Shown here in pieces: positions 47,740 through 57,938 of a stretch of DNA of 64,000 nt. Both the position numbers and the translations under genes were made by a program. The stretch spans positions 32,001-96,000 of IMG/VR virus record IMGVR_UViG_3300010370_000028. One strand, 5' to 3'. The notes below the pieces were generated by a model that was not told where the DNA came from, did not search any database, and saw nothing but the letters and a program-made list of their open reading frames with translations. Source of the stretch: a virus. Within the stretch, counting starts at the first letter, position 1; each line of letters begins with the position of its first letter.

Positions 47740-49251
47740 ATGATTTATAATTACGAGTTAGAGAAACAATTACTTGCCGCCTTAATTAAGGAGCCAGAGA
47801 GCTATTCTGAAGTAGCTAATTTCATAAGCTCAAAAGATTTTTATTCCGAAGATAGTAATCTTCATGGAACAATCTTTACTATAATCAAACAATCAATTGA
47901 TTCTGGGGAAGAAATTGATGAGGTTATTATTGCCCAGCGTGTTAGTTCTTTGGGTTTGTCATTTGAAGATCGGGTTAATCCATCTGACTATATTAGATCT
48001 CTGGCTATGAGAAAAGTCCCCAAGGGGAACTTAGTTAAAACTGCTAGGGAATTAAAAAAATTTACAATTAGAAGAGAGATCTTTGAATCCGCTCAAGAGA
48101 TTGCCAAGCGCATGAAAAGCATTGGCTCTGAATCTTCTTATACAGATATTATTGAATCTGCAGATTCTGCTTATAACTCAAAAATTAATCTATATGAAAT
48201 TGGCAATGATATGCCAGAAAACATATATGATGAAATGGAGTTTATCGTTGAAGATCGTGGCAACAATCCTGTTGTTGAATTTGGCATGATGGGGCCACAT
48301 AAGAAGGTTAATGAAATCTATGGTTCACTTCTTAGACCAGGAAATATTACAGTTGTTGTCGCTCGATCTGGCGTTGGTAAAACTCAATTTTGTATGGATT
48401 ACAGCACCAAAGTTGCCATTAAGTATGGTATTCCAGTACTTCACTTTGATAATGGTGAAATGAGTAAGGAGGAGCTTATTATGCGTCAGTGTGCCGCTCT
48501 ATCTGGTGTTCCTATGCACTTGATTGAAACTGGTGAATGGAGACGTGCTGGTAAAGAAGTTGTAGATCGCATTAGGGCTGTTTGGCCAAAGATCAAACAA
48601 ATGAAGTTTTATTACTATAATGTTGGTGGCATGGATGTTGATTCTATGATTAAAACATTAAAAAGATTTTATTATGGTAAAGTTGGTAGGGGTAATCAAA
48701 TGATCTTTTCATTTGACTATATTAAAACAACATCAGAATCTGGCGGCGGTAAAAATGAATGGCAGGTTGTTGGAGAGATGGTTGACAAGTTTAAAAAATG
48801 TGTGCAAAAAGAAATCTTGCACGAAGGTAATCCAATTATCCCAATGATTACTTCTGTTCAATCTAACCGAAGTGGTATTACTAATAACAGAAACTCTCAG
48901 AATATTATTGACGATGAAAGTATTGTATCGCTTTCTGATAGGATTACCCAATTCTGCTCCCACATGTTTATTCTTAGAAATAAAACTGCAGATGAAATTG
49001 AAACTGAGGGTAGAGCATTTGGCACTCATAAACTGATTAATGTTAAAGCTCGACATCTTGGTAAAGATATTGCTGGAGCAGTTGAGCCAGTAAGAATTGG
49101 TGATACTCTTAGAAAGAATTTTATTAATTTAGATTTCAAAAATTTTGCAATTACTGAGAAAGGTGATCTCAGAGATATTTCAAGGTTTATGGATGGAAAC
49201 GCAGATTTAGAAGATGATAATGAAGACGATGACCTCCCAGACTTCAATTGA
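47740..49251 (+). CDS. dnaB: Replicative DNA helicase
   Basis: ELEKQLLAAL N-domain, ARSGVGKT, GEMS, FDYI, QSNR. Confidence 0.92.
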   Translation: MIYNYELEKQLLAALIKEPESYSEVANFISSKDFYSEDSNLHGTIFTIIKQSIDSGEEIDEVIIAQRVSSLGLSFEDRVNPSDYIRSLAMRKVPKGNLVKTARELKKFTIRREIFESAQEIAKRMKSIGSESSYTDIIESADSAYNSKINLYEIGNDMPENIYDEMEFIVEDRGNNPVVEFGMMGPHKKVNEIYGSLLRPGNITVVVARSGVGKTQFCMDYSTKVAIKYGIPVLHFDNGEMSKEELIMRQCAALSGVPMHLIETGEWRRAGKEVVDRIRAVWPKIKQMKFYYYNVGGMDVDSMIKTLKRFYYGKVGRGNQMIFSFDYIKTTSESGGGKNEWQVVGEMVDKFKKCVQKEILHEGNPIIPMITSVQSNRSGITNNRNSQNIIDDESIVSLSDRITQFCSHMFILRNKTADEIETEGRAFGTHKLINVKARHLGKDIAGAVEPVRIGDTLRKNFINLDFKNFAITEKGDLRDISRFMDGNADLEDDNEDDDLPDFN

Positions 49252-50296
49252 TCCAACGCAGATACAATCAACACTAGAGAGTATTGGTTATAAACTATTA
49301 GATTTTGGGAATCATTGGAGAACTAATGCCCTTTATCGAGGAGGTGATAATCAAACATCAGTAAGAATTTATAAAAATACTGGAGTATGGACAGATTTTG
49401 TTAACGGTTCGAAATCTTTGCCATTCGAAAAACTATTACAATTATCACTTAATTCAGATCCTAAAAAACTAAAAGATATACTCAGCTCTCTTAAAAAATC
49501 TGATGAGTTTGTATATACACAGAAAGAAACTATAGAAATGGAAGAAATATATCCAGAATCAATGTTGGAAAAGCTTTTCCCAAATTATCTTTTTTATACT
49601 AAAAAGGGTTATAGCGAAGATACTTTAAAGTTTTATAAAACTGGTCTTGCTGGCGCTGGTAAGATGTATCGTCGTATGGTATTTCCTATCTATAATGAAC
49701 ATGGTCAAATTATAGGTTTTAGTGGAAGAAGAATTGATGATGATGCAGTACAACTTCCAAAATGGAAGCATCTTGGCAAAAGGAGAAATTGGGTATATCC
49801 AGCGATGATACCACAGGAAGAATCTATTGATTCAATTATTAAAGAAAAACAAGAAGTTGTTCTGGTTGAAAGCATTGGTGATAGTATGGCACTTTATGAA
49901 AGCGGTATTAAAAATAATTTAGTGACCTTTGGTATTGGTTGTAGTCCATCAATTATTAATTACTTAAATTCATTTCCAATTAAAAAAATTATTATTGCTA
50001 CTAATAATGATTTCCAATCTGCCGCCAATCATGGATACAATGGTGCTGTTAAAATTTTAATGTCATTGCGTAAATATTTTGATTTTGATATGCTTGAAAT
50101 TAGACTGCCGCCAGAACCATTTAATGATTTTTCTGATGCATATCAAAATGGATTTAATCTTAAAAATTGGTATAATCAAACTATAGACAAAGACCAATAC
50201 ATCGACAATTTAAAAAGTTATGTTAAAAGATATCTTAACTTTTTTAGTCAAAAGGATGTCGCGGGTTTAATCAAAATACTAGAACATCATGAGTGA
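49229..50296 (+). CDS. dnaG: DnaG-type primase
   Basis: RMVFPI..IIGFSGR, PKW, TOPRIM LVESIGD; start uncertain (49214-49229). Confidence 0.85.
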   Translation: MTSQTSIDPTQIQSTLESIGYKLLDFGNHWRTNALYRGGDNQTSVRIYKNTGVWTDFVNGSKSLPFEKLLQLSLNSDPKKLKDILSSLKKSDEFVYTQKETIEMEEIYPESMLEKLFPNYLFYTKKGYSEDTLKFYKTGLAGAGKMYRRMVFPIYNEHGQIIGFSGRRIDDDAVQLPKWKHLGKRRNWVYPAMIPQEESIDSIIKEKQEVVLVESIGDSMALYESGIKNNLVTFGIGCSPSIINYLNSFPIKKIIIATNNDFQSAANHGYNGAVKILMSLRKYFDFDMLEIRLPPEPFNDFSDAYQNGFNLKNWYNQTIDKDQYIDNLKSYVKRYLNFFSQKDVAGLIKILEHHE

Positions 50297-51332
50297 ACCT
50301 AAGACACCTCTTTCAGCAAGTAGAATTAAAACAGTACAATCGTGTAGTTGGTTGTATTGGGCTAAATATCATTTGAATCTTCCAGATCCATCTAATGATG
50401 GTGCAAAGAGAGGTTCCATTTGCCATTTAATTTTTGAATTGCTTGGCGAGAAAAATCGTCGTGATATATATAAATCAATTTTAAAAAGTAAAGATGTTTT
50501 TTCACATAGCGGAATCAAACGTTTGATTTTGAAACATGCAAAAAAACTTCAAGTTGATGATAAAGAAAATATTGAGTCTATTAAAGAAATGATTCTCAAT
50601 GGACTTAATTATGATTTTTATGGAGATACAGGTTCAAAACCAACAGAAGCATTATCTGAAAAAGATTTTGAAATTACCGTTAACGATGAAGAGCGTGATG
50701 TAAAATATAAAATTAAAGGATTCATTGATAAACTCTTTTTATATAAGAAAAATAAATACGCTTTAATTAGAGACTTTAAAACAAGTAAGAAAAAATTTAT
50801 CGGTAAAGAGGTGACTGATAATCTGCAAGATTATATGTATAGTCTTGCTGTTAAACATTTGTATCCAGAATATAAGAAGCGCGAAAGTGAATTTTTATTT
50901 CTTAAATTTGATCTTGATAAAGATCTGTTAGAGAAATCTGATGGTGCGATTCGTATGGAATCAATTAGTGATGATGATATTGAAGGTTTTGAATATCAAC
51001 TGACAGCAATTCAAGATTACATTGACAATTTTTCCGAAAATGATGCAATGGGTAATTTTGCGGCAAGTCAACCTTATCCAACTGACAAATCTTTTAGTGG
51101 ACCACTTCAGTGTGGTTTTGCAAAAGAAAAAGGTCAATTAAAAGTTGATGGCACTTTAATGTGGCATTGTCCAGCTAAGTTTGCTTTTGATTATTATGTT
51201 ATTTTAAATCAAGATGGGCAAGCAATTAAATCTTATTCTGAAGAAGAATTTTCAGAATCTCTTGTGCCAGATGGGTTTACTTTTGAGAAAAGGTTTTATG
51301 CTGGATGCCCAAAGCATCAAAAAACATATTGA
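50289..51332 (+). CDS. PD-(D/E)xK exonuclease, RecB/AddB/Cas4-like
   Basis: LSASRI..C, GSICH, GFIDKL, DFKTS, Q..MY, three C-terminal Cys. Confidence 0.85.
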   Translation: MSEPKTPLSASRIKTVQSCSWLYWAKYHLNLPDPSNDGAKRGSICHLIFELLGEKNRRDIYKSILKSKDVFSHSGIKRLILKHAKKLQVDDKENIESIKEMILNGLNYDFYGDTGSKPTEALSEKDFEITVNDEERDVKYKIKGFIDKLFLYKKNKYALIRDFKTSKKKFIGKEVTDNLQDYMYSLAVKHLYPEYKKRESEFLFLKFDLDKDLLEKSDGAIRMESISDDDIEGFEYQLTAIQDYIDNFSENDAMGNFAASQPYPTDKSFSGPLQCGFAKEKGQLKVDGTLMWHCPAKFAFDYYVILNQDGQAIKSYSEEEFSESLVPDGFTFEKRFYAGCPKHQKTY

Positions 51333-51357
51333 CCTTTATGTTTATATGCGCTATGAT
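51329..51357 (+). promoter_or_regulatory. Sigma70 promoter
   Basis: TTGACC-N17-TATGAT, 7 nt before ATG 51365. Confidence 0.7.
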
Positions 51358-51364
51358 TTAGTGC

Positions 51365-52126
51365 ATGATCCCACTTTTTAAATCTACTCTTTCAATTGGT
51401 AAGAGTATTCTGACATTAGAAGATCCGTCTGATCAAAGAGATGATGGTCCAGATAGTATTTTTTCAATCGCTTTAGAAAATGATTTAAAGCAGGTTGTTC
51501 TTGTAGAAGATTCAATGGTTGGATTTCTTGAGGCATTTAAGAAATGTAAAGATAATAATTTGCAGCTTGTTTTTGGATACAGATTTATCTGCTGCAATTG
51601 TTTTGAGAATAATGACTCATGTCATAAATTAATAGCATTTGCTAAAAACGATGATGGCTGTAAAGATTTGAATAAATTTTATAGCGCTATCAATACTCAA
51701 TTTAATGGAAGAATTGATGCTGAGAATTTACAAAAACTTTGGACAGATAACCTCTTGTTAGTTGTTCCTTTTTACGATTCTTTTATCTATAACAATCAAT
51801 TATATTTAGGTAACTGTATTCCAGATTTTGGATCAATTAAACCAATATTTTTTATTGAACGTAATAACCTTCCTTTTGATCATGTTATAGAGAGGGCTGT
51901 TTTAAACTTTACTGAAAATGGCAACAAGTATGAAACTAAACTTGCGAAGTCAATTTATTATAAAAATAAGTGTGATGTTGAGGCTTTGCAGACTTATAAA
52001 ATTCTTTGTAACCGTTCTTTCGGTAAACAAGCTACACTATCTTCTCCTAATTTAAATCATTTTGGGAGTGATGAATTTTGTTGGGAATCATTTAAAGAAT
52101 ATGAAGGAGAACTTACTACGATTTAA
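51365..52126 (+). CDS. Stand-alone PHP domain of DNA polymerase III alpha
   Basis: SMVGFLEAFKKC..LVFG, LIAFAKNDDGCKDL match the DnaE N-terminal PHP. Confidence 0.8.
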   Translation: MIPLFKSTLSIGKSILTLEDPSDQRDDGPDSIFSIALENDLKQVVLVEDSMVGFLEAFKKCKDNNLQLVFGYRFICCNCFENNDSCHKLIAFAKNDDGCKDLNKFYSAINTQFNGRIDAENLQKLWTDNLLLVVPFYDSFIYNNQLYLGNCIPDFGSIKPIFFIERNNLPFDHVIERAVLNFTENGNKYETKLAKSIYYKNKCDVEALQTYKILCNRSFGKQATLSSPNLNHFGSDEFCWESFKEYEGELTTI

Positions 52127-52733
52127 AAATAAACAAAAGTATCTTATCTTTGATACTGAGACTGAAGGCTTGAATCTTATTAATTCAAGACCTTGGCAGA
52201 TTGCTTGGATTACTGCTGAAGGTAAAAATATCAAATCTAAAAATGATAGATTTATCAAATGGGATAATCTACAAGTATCAGAAGGTGCAGCAAAGATAAC
52301 AGGATTCTCCGAAAGAATTTATGAAGATCGTGCTGAAGACCCTAAAAAGGTTTGGGCTGATTTTTCAAAATATCTTTATGATCCAGAGTATTTGATTATT
52401 GGTCAAAATCTTCTTGGATTTGATGTTTACATGATTAATATTTGGAGAAAGCTGATTGGACTTAATAGCGACTATTCTTATGTAGATAGAATTATTGATA
52501 CTAAATCTCTTGCAACGGCTATTTTCAAAAACATCTTACATGATGAACAGAATAAAACTTCTTGGCAGTATAAATTACTAAACCATAAAGAAAAAGGTCT
52601 TAAAACATCTCAAGGAACACTATTAAAACATTATAATATTCCTCACGATCCTAAAAAGCTTCATGATGCTCTCTATGATATTGAGATGAATTTCCAAATT
52701 TTCCAAAAACAAATTTACGATATCGAAATATGA
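52101..52733 (+). CDS. DEDDh 3'-5' exonuclease (epsilon-like)
   Basis: FDTETEGL, QNLLGFD, IDT, LHDALYD; start at ATG 52101. Confidence 0.9.
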   Translation: MKENLLRFKNKQKYLIFDTETEGLNLINSRPWQIAWITAEGKNIKSKNDRFIKWDNLQVSEGAAKITGFSERIYEDRAEDPKKVWADFSKYLYDPEYLIIGQNLLGFDVYMINIWRKLIGLNSDYSYVDRIIDTKSLATAIFKNILHDEQNKTSWQYKLLNHKEKGLKTSQGTLLKHYNIPHDPKKLHDALYDIEMNFQIFQKQIYDIEI

Positions 52734-55288
52734 ACACTTTAATCGAACCTTATAAAACACCATGTCCAGTTGGAGTTAAACTTCCAAAAATTCATATTGA
52801 AAAAAAACATTATGATCTTTTGGGATGCTCTTCAGACACAAGCAATTTCAACTTTTTAAGAAAGCTTTGTTTTAAGGGGGTGCAAGAAAAAGGTATTGAC
52901 CAACTTTCTAATAAACAAGTTTATTATGATAGATTATCAATGGAGCTTTCAGTTCTTAATGATCTTGGCTTTATTGATTATATTCTTCTAAATTGGGATA
53001 TTTTAAATTTCTGTCATGAAACTGGTGTTCCTACTGGTGCTGGACGTGGTTCGGCGGCAGGATCTTTGGTTTTGTATGTAATTGGTGTTACTAATATTGA
53101 TCCAATTAAATATGATCTGTTTTTTGAAAGATTTGTTTCTAAAAGTCGTGCCAGAAAAATTGAACATAATGGTGAAACGTTTCTTGATGGATCTCTACTA
53201 GCAGACGTTGATAATGATATTAGTTATGATCGCCGCCAAGAAGTTATTGATTATATCAATCGCAAGTATCAAGGTAGAACTTCAAAAATTCTTACTCTAA
53301 ATACTCTTAGTAGCAAACTTTGTATTAAAGAGTGTGGTAAGATAGTTGGAGAAATGTCTGAATCTTCTGTTAATGAAATTAGCGATATGATCCCTAAAAA
53401 ATTCGGTAAAGTTTTCAAGCTTGAGCAAGCTTATTCAGAAAACGAAAACTTTAAATCATTTGCAAATAAAAACAAAAAGATTTACCGTATTGCTAAAAAG
53501 ATTGAGGGGCTTGCGAAAAATACAGGAGTTCATCCATCTGGAATTGCAATTAGTTTCTATGAACTAGATGAAATTATGCCAGTTCAAACTACTGGCGAAG
53601 ATGCTATTGTTTCTGGATATGATATGAATAATGTAGCAGAATTGACTGTTAAGTTTGATATTCTAGGACTCCGCACTCTTTCTGTTATTCACGATGTTTG
53701 CTCTCGTATTGGAGTCAAAGTAAATGATATTGATTGCGATCATGAATCAATTTATGCTGCTTTGCAAACCCTGCAAGCTCCACAAGGATTATTCCAAATT
53801 GAAGCTGATACTAACTTTAGAGTTTGTCAAAAAATTGCTCCTAAAAATCTAGAACAATTATCTGCTGTTGTTGCAATTGCAAGACCTGGTGCATTGGACT
53901 TCATGGATAGGTATGCAGACTATGCTAGAAATGGTCAGTTCCAATCTGTTCATCCATTTTTTGATGATATCTTGAGTTATACTGGTGGTATTCCTCTTTA
54001 TCAAGAGCAGTTGATGAAAATGGCTGTTAAGGTTGGCTTTAGTCTTGATGAATCTGAACAATTGCGCCGAATTGTTGGTAAGAAAAAGGTTGATCAAATG
54101 GGCGCTTGGAAACAAAAGATTGAAGATAAAATTAAAGAGAATAATCTAGATTCTGCTGTTGGAGATGTGCTTTGGAAAGTCGCTGAAGACTCAGCAAACT
54201 ATTCATTCAATAAATCTCACAGTATTTCTTATGCCTATCTTGCGGCTATCACTGTATATCTTAAATTTAATTATCCACAACAATTCTTTTTGAGTCTGCT
54301 TAAATACGCTCAATATGAGCCAAACCCTCATGAAGAAATCAATAAAATTGTCCAAGAGCTTCCTTATTTTGATATTAAACTACTTCCACCAGATCTGTCA
54401 AAATCAGATATTGATTTTAAAATTGAAGATAAAAACATTAGATACGGTCTTAATTCAATTAAAGGAGTATCAACAAAGGTTTTAGAATCATTATTAGAGT
54501 TTAGAGAACAGAGCTTTGTAAACAAATATGAAGTCTTCCTAGCTGCAAAGCAAGCTGGATTGAATATTGGCGTTCTATCAGCACTAATACAGGCTGGTGT
54601 TCTTGATTCCTTTGTTTCCAAAGATCGTTGCAGGTTAGTTTTAGAGGCTCAAACATTCAACATACTAACTGATAGAGAAAAACGAAATATGGTTTCGTTG
54701 GGGGAAAAATATAATTATGATATTTTGAATACTATAGCAGACTGTTCAAAACAAGAACTTGTTGGTGATGATAATAAAAGAATCTTCTCCGAAAAGAGAT
54801 TTAATACATTTAAAACTAAATATCAACCATACAAAGAAATTTATGAGAAAAATCATAAGCATTTAAAATTTGCCAATTGGTTCTTTGAAACTAAATTGCT
54901 TGGTTACAGCTATTCTTATAATGTCAGAGAAATTTTTAAAAATGAGGTTGAGGGCAGCTTGATTTCTTCAAACGATATCTCTAAGATTGAAGAAAACCAA
55001 ACAGTTAAATTTGTTGGCACTGTTTCCGATATTATGACCAGAACCAGCGCTAATGGCAATAAATATGCAAGAATGGATGTTTATGATGATCTTGGCAAGT
55101 TGACCATCTTATTAATGGACTCTGAGCGAGAAGGTAGATTGACAAATTACCTAAACTCTGGTAAGATCCTGCCTAAGAAAGACTCGATTGTGATCATTTC
55201 TGGCAAAAAGAATAGAGATATCGTTTTCGCTGATAAACTCTCTCTTTTAGAAGAAAAGATTTACATGAAGCTCTCAGAAATTAAATAA
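52730..55288 (+). CDS. dnaE: DNA polymerase III alpha catalytic subunit lacking PHP
   Basis: GAGRGSAAGSLV, FERF, DVDND, GVHPSG, KFDILGL, YQEQ, YSFNKSHS, OB fold. Confidence 0.95.
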   Translation: MNTLIEPYKTPCPVGVKLPKIHIEKKHYDLLGCSSDTSNFNFLRKLCFKGVQEKGIDQLSNKQVYYDRLSMELSVLNDLGFIDYILLNWDILNFCHETGVPTGAGRGSAAGSLVLYVIGVTNIDPIKYDLFFERFVSKSRARKIEHNGETFLDGSLLADVDNDISYDRRQEVIDYINRKYQGRTSKILTLNTLSSKLCIKECGKIVGEMSESSVNEISDMIPKKFGKVFKLEQAYSENENFKSFANKNKKIYRIAKKIEGLAKNTGVHPSGIAISFYELDEIMPVQTTGEDAIVSGYDMNNVAELTVKFDILGLRTLSVIHDVCSRIGVKVNDIDCDHESIYAALQTLQAPQGLFQIEADTNFRVCQKIAPKNLEQLSAVVAIARPGALDFMDRYADYARNGQFQSVHPFFDDILSYTGGIPLYQEQLMKMAVKVGFSLDESEQLRRIVGKKKVDQMGAWKQKIEDKIKENNLDSAVGDVLWKVAEDSANYSFNKSHSISYAYLAAITVYLKFNYPQQFFLSLLKYAQYEPNPHEEINKIVQELPYFDIKLLPPDLSKSDIDFKIEDKNIRYGLNSIKGVSTKVLESLLEFREQSFVNKYEVFLAAKQAGLNIGVLSALIQAGVLDSFVSKDRCRLVLEAQTFNILTDREKRNMVSLGEKYNYDILNTIADCSKQELVGDDNKRIFSEKRFNTFKTKYQPYKEIYEKNHKHLKFANWFFETKLLGYSYSYNVREIFKNEVEGSLISSNDISKIEENQTVKFVGTVSDIMTRTSANGNKYARMDVYDDLGKLTILLMDSEREGRLTNYLNSGKILPKKDSIVIISGKKNRDIVFADKLSLLEEKIYMKLSEIK

Positions 55289-55293
55289 TAATT

Positions 55294-55299
55294 GTGTAA
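55294..55299 (+). promoter_or_regulatory. GTGTAA motif
   Basis: 6 and 9 nt upstream of ATGs 55306 and 55309. Confidence 0.55.
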
Positions 55300-55305
55300 A
55301 AATAT

Positions 55306-57708
55306 ATGATGGAAATTGATAGTTTTAACTTGACTCCAAAAGCAAAATTAGCCCTTAAAGATGCTAAAGAATTTGCTAACCGCAATAATCATTCTTTGAT
55401 TAATAATTGCCATGTTTTATATGGGTGTTGGAAGAATATAAACTCTTCTTTTATTAATTTTGCTGATTTAATGGGTGTCACTCTCAATACAGAAAAGTTG
55501 AGTGAAATTATCTTAAAATTCGCTAAAAAATATACACTTTTATTTACGGCAAGCTCTCATAATGATGTTTGGGATAATGAAATTCAAAACGCTATTAAAA
55601 AAGCTAAAGAATTTGCAGACGATCATGAGAACTTTTATATTGGAATTGAACATCTTTTGTTTGGTGTTTTAGAGTGTAACGAAAAATTTCTTGAATTCCT
55701 GCTTAAGAATGATGTTGATTATGAACACCTTAAAGAAGTTATTCACGAATTTATTGTCGGTAAAACCTCAGAACCACCGCCAGCAGAAAAGGAAGCTACC
55801 CAAGTTAAGAAAACTAAAACCAAAGCTATTGAAGCTTATTGCACTCTTTTAAATGACTTGGTTCAAAAAGAAGATTATCAGATAATTTCTGGTAGAGATA
55901 AAGAAATTAATAATATTACTGAGATTCTTTGTAGGAAAACCAAAAGTAATTGCTTGCTTCTTGGTGAGCCAGGAACTGGTAAAACGGCAATTGTTGAAGG
56001 TCTTGCCCAAAAAATTAATTCAAATGAATGTTCAGAAGTATTAGCCAATAAAAAAATCTACGCTCTTGATCTTAGCTTAATGATTGCTGGTACTAAATAT
56101 AGAGGACAGTTTGAAGAAAGGTTTAGCAATTTTCTTGAAGAAGTTAAAGAATTAAAAGATACTATTATCTTTATTGATGAAATTCATGTGATGGTTGGCG
56201 CTGGTAGCTCCGAAGGATCAATGGATGTTGCTAATATGTTGAAGCCAGCATTGGCTCGTGGAGATATTCGTTGCATTGGTGCTACTACGTACTCAGAATA
56301 TAAAAAATTCTTTGAGAAAGATGGTGCTTTGTCTAGGCGTTTTGATATTATAAAGGTTGAAGAGCCTAACAAAACTCAAGTTTTTGAAATGGTGAAAGCA
56401 TCAATTGATTCATTTGAAAACTATCATAATGTTGAATACTCTGATGAGCTTATTGATTTAACTATAGATCTTTGCGGCAAGTATCTGCCTAATAAAAGAT
56501 TTCCAGATAAAGCTTTCGATGTGATTGACCAAACATGTTCAAAAGTAAAAATTAAAAAAATTAAAAGACCCTCAAAGGCTTTAAAAACCGAAAAAGAATT
56601 AAAAGCAATCTTAGATTCTTCAGAAGAAGATTTTTCTCAAGAAGCTCAAATTCAATGTGCGTTATTGATGGATAAATATACGGCAATTATGCAAGATTGG
56701 ATGTATAGGGTAGCTAAAACAAAATTCAAGATTACTAAAGATGATGTTTATGAAGTTATTGCGAATAAAAGCAATGTTAATGTTAATACGATTAAAGAGT
56801 CTGCCAACAATACTTTTGCTTCATTCAAAGATAATCTAAAATCAAAAATCTTTGGTCAGTCAGAAAATATTGATAAAATTTATGATACTTTAGCTTGTGC
56901 CAAAGCTGGATTTAATAAATCGAATAGACCTATTGCCAATTTCTTTTTTGTTGGACCAACAAGTGTTGGTAAGACATTTGCCGCAAAACAAATTGCAAAA
57001 GAATTTTTTGGTAATGAATCTAGCATATTGCAGATCAATATGAGTGAATATCAAGAACAGAATTCAATTTCTAAACTAATTGGAACTAGCGCTGGTTATG
57101 TTGGATTTGAAGAAGGTGGTCTGTTAACGGAGTTTGTCAGACATAATCCTAACAGCGTTATCTTATTTGATGAAGCTGAAAAATGTCATAGAAGTATCTT
57201 AGATCTATTGCTTCAAATTTTAGATGAAGGTTGTATCAATGATAATCTTAATCGAAAGATTGATTTTACCAGCTGCGTTATAATTCTAACTAGTAATATT
57301 GGGGTTAAAGAGTCTGAAACAAAATCAATGGGCTTCATTCAGCCAGAAATCAATCATACTAATTCTTATAAAGAGTCTGTAAGAAAACAACTACGCCCAG
57401 AACTTGTTGCTAGAATTGATGAAATTATTGTTTTCAACTCTTTGGGTAATATGGAATTTGCAAAAATAGTCAATGAACGAATTGATCAAATTAAAAATAA
57501 TTTAAAATCTAAAGAAATTAAAATATCAGTTTCTAAAGACTGTATTGACTATATTGTCAGCAAGTTGAGTAGTGATTTCAATGCTAGATCTTTAAATTCA
57601 ATTATTCGCTCAGAGATTGAAGTTCCAATTGCAGATTTAATTATTAAAAAATCAGATTTGAAGAAAATTTCAATAAAAGTTGTTGACAAGTTAATTAAAG
57701 TGTGCTAA
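55306..57708 (+). CDS. ClpA/ClpC-like Hsp100 ATPase
   Basis: Clp N repeats, GEPGTGKT, KYRGQFEER, FIDEIH, GPTSVGKT, GYVG, MGF loop. Confidence 0.93.
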   Translation: MMEIDSFNLTPKAKLALKDAKEFANRNNHSLINNCHVLYGCWKNINSSFINFADLMGVTLNTEKLSEIILKFAKKYTLLFTASSHNDVWDNEIQNAIKKAKEFADDHENFYIGIEHLLFGVLECNEKFLEFLLKNDVDYEHLKEVIHEFIVGKTSEPPPAEKEATQVKKTKTKAIEAYCTLLNDLVQKEDYQIISGRDKEINNITEILCRKTKSNCLLLGEPGTGKTAIVEGLAQKINSNECSEVLANKKIYALDLSLMIAGTKYRGQFEERFSNFLEEVKELKDTIIFIDEIHVMVGAGSSEGSMDVANMLKPALARGDIRCIGATTYSEYKKFFEKDGALSRRFDIIKVEEPNKTQVFEMVKASIDSFENYHNVEYSDELIDLTIDLCGKYLPNKRFPDKAFDVIDQTCSKVKIKKIKRPSKALKTEKELKAILDSSEEDFSQEAQIQCALLMDKYTAIMQDWMYRVAKTKFKITKDDVYEVIANKSNVNVNTIKESANNTFASFKDNLKSKIFGQSENIDKIYDTLACAKAGFNKSNRPIANFFFVGPTSVGKTFAAKQIAKEFFGNESSILQINMSEYQEQNSISKLIGTSAGYVGFEEGGLLTEFVRHNPNSVILFDEAEKCHRSILDLLLQILDEGCINDNLNRKIDFTSCVIILTSNIGVKESETKSMGFIQPEINHTNSYKESVRKQLRPELVARIDEIIVFNSLGNMEFAKIVNERIDQIKNNLKSKEIKISVSKDCIDYIVSKLSSDFNARSLNSIIRSEIEVPIADLIIKKSDLKKISIKVVDKLIKVC

Positions 57709-57711
57709 TAT
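57683..57711 (+). promoter_or_regulatory. Sigma70 promoter with extended -10
   Basis: TTGACA-N17-TAATAT with TGn, 11 nt before ATG 57723. Confidence 0.75.
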
Positions 57712-57722
57712 CTATTCACAAT

Positions 57723-57938
57723 ATGAATACTACTAATCAAAACAAGATTGTTAAGGCTATGCGTAATAGCCGTGGTCGTTTCTTCGGTCTTACTACTAAG
57801 ACTGGTGATAGTATCAATGCTCAGTTCGTTTCTGAGTCTCCAAGCTACGTAACTGTATACGACAGAAATCGTTATACTAATCGTAAGCTCGCTAAGACAA
57901 GCTTGGCTGGACTTTCAATGGGTACAGTTCAAGTCTAA
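57723..57938 (+). CDS. Small basic hypothetical protein
   Basis: 71 aa with its own promoter and terminator; high-expression codon bias. Confidence 0.7.
   Translation: MNTTNQNKIVKAMRNSRGRFFGLTTKTGDSINAQFVSESPSYVTVYDRNRYTNRKLAKTSLAGLSMGTVQV

Noticed and set aside
50289-51332. CRISPR-Cas locus around the Cas4-like gene
   Set aside because: No other cas genes or array; it sits in a replication operon
35659-55288. Inteins or introns in nrdA/B, recA, dnaB, dnaE
   Set aside because: Lengths and motif spacing are normal; no splice-junction or homing-endonuclease motifs seen
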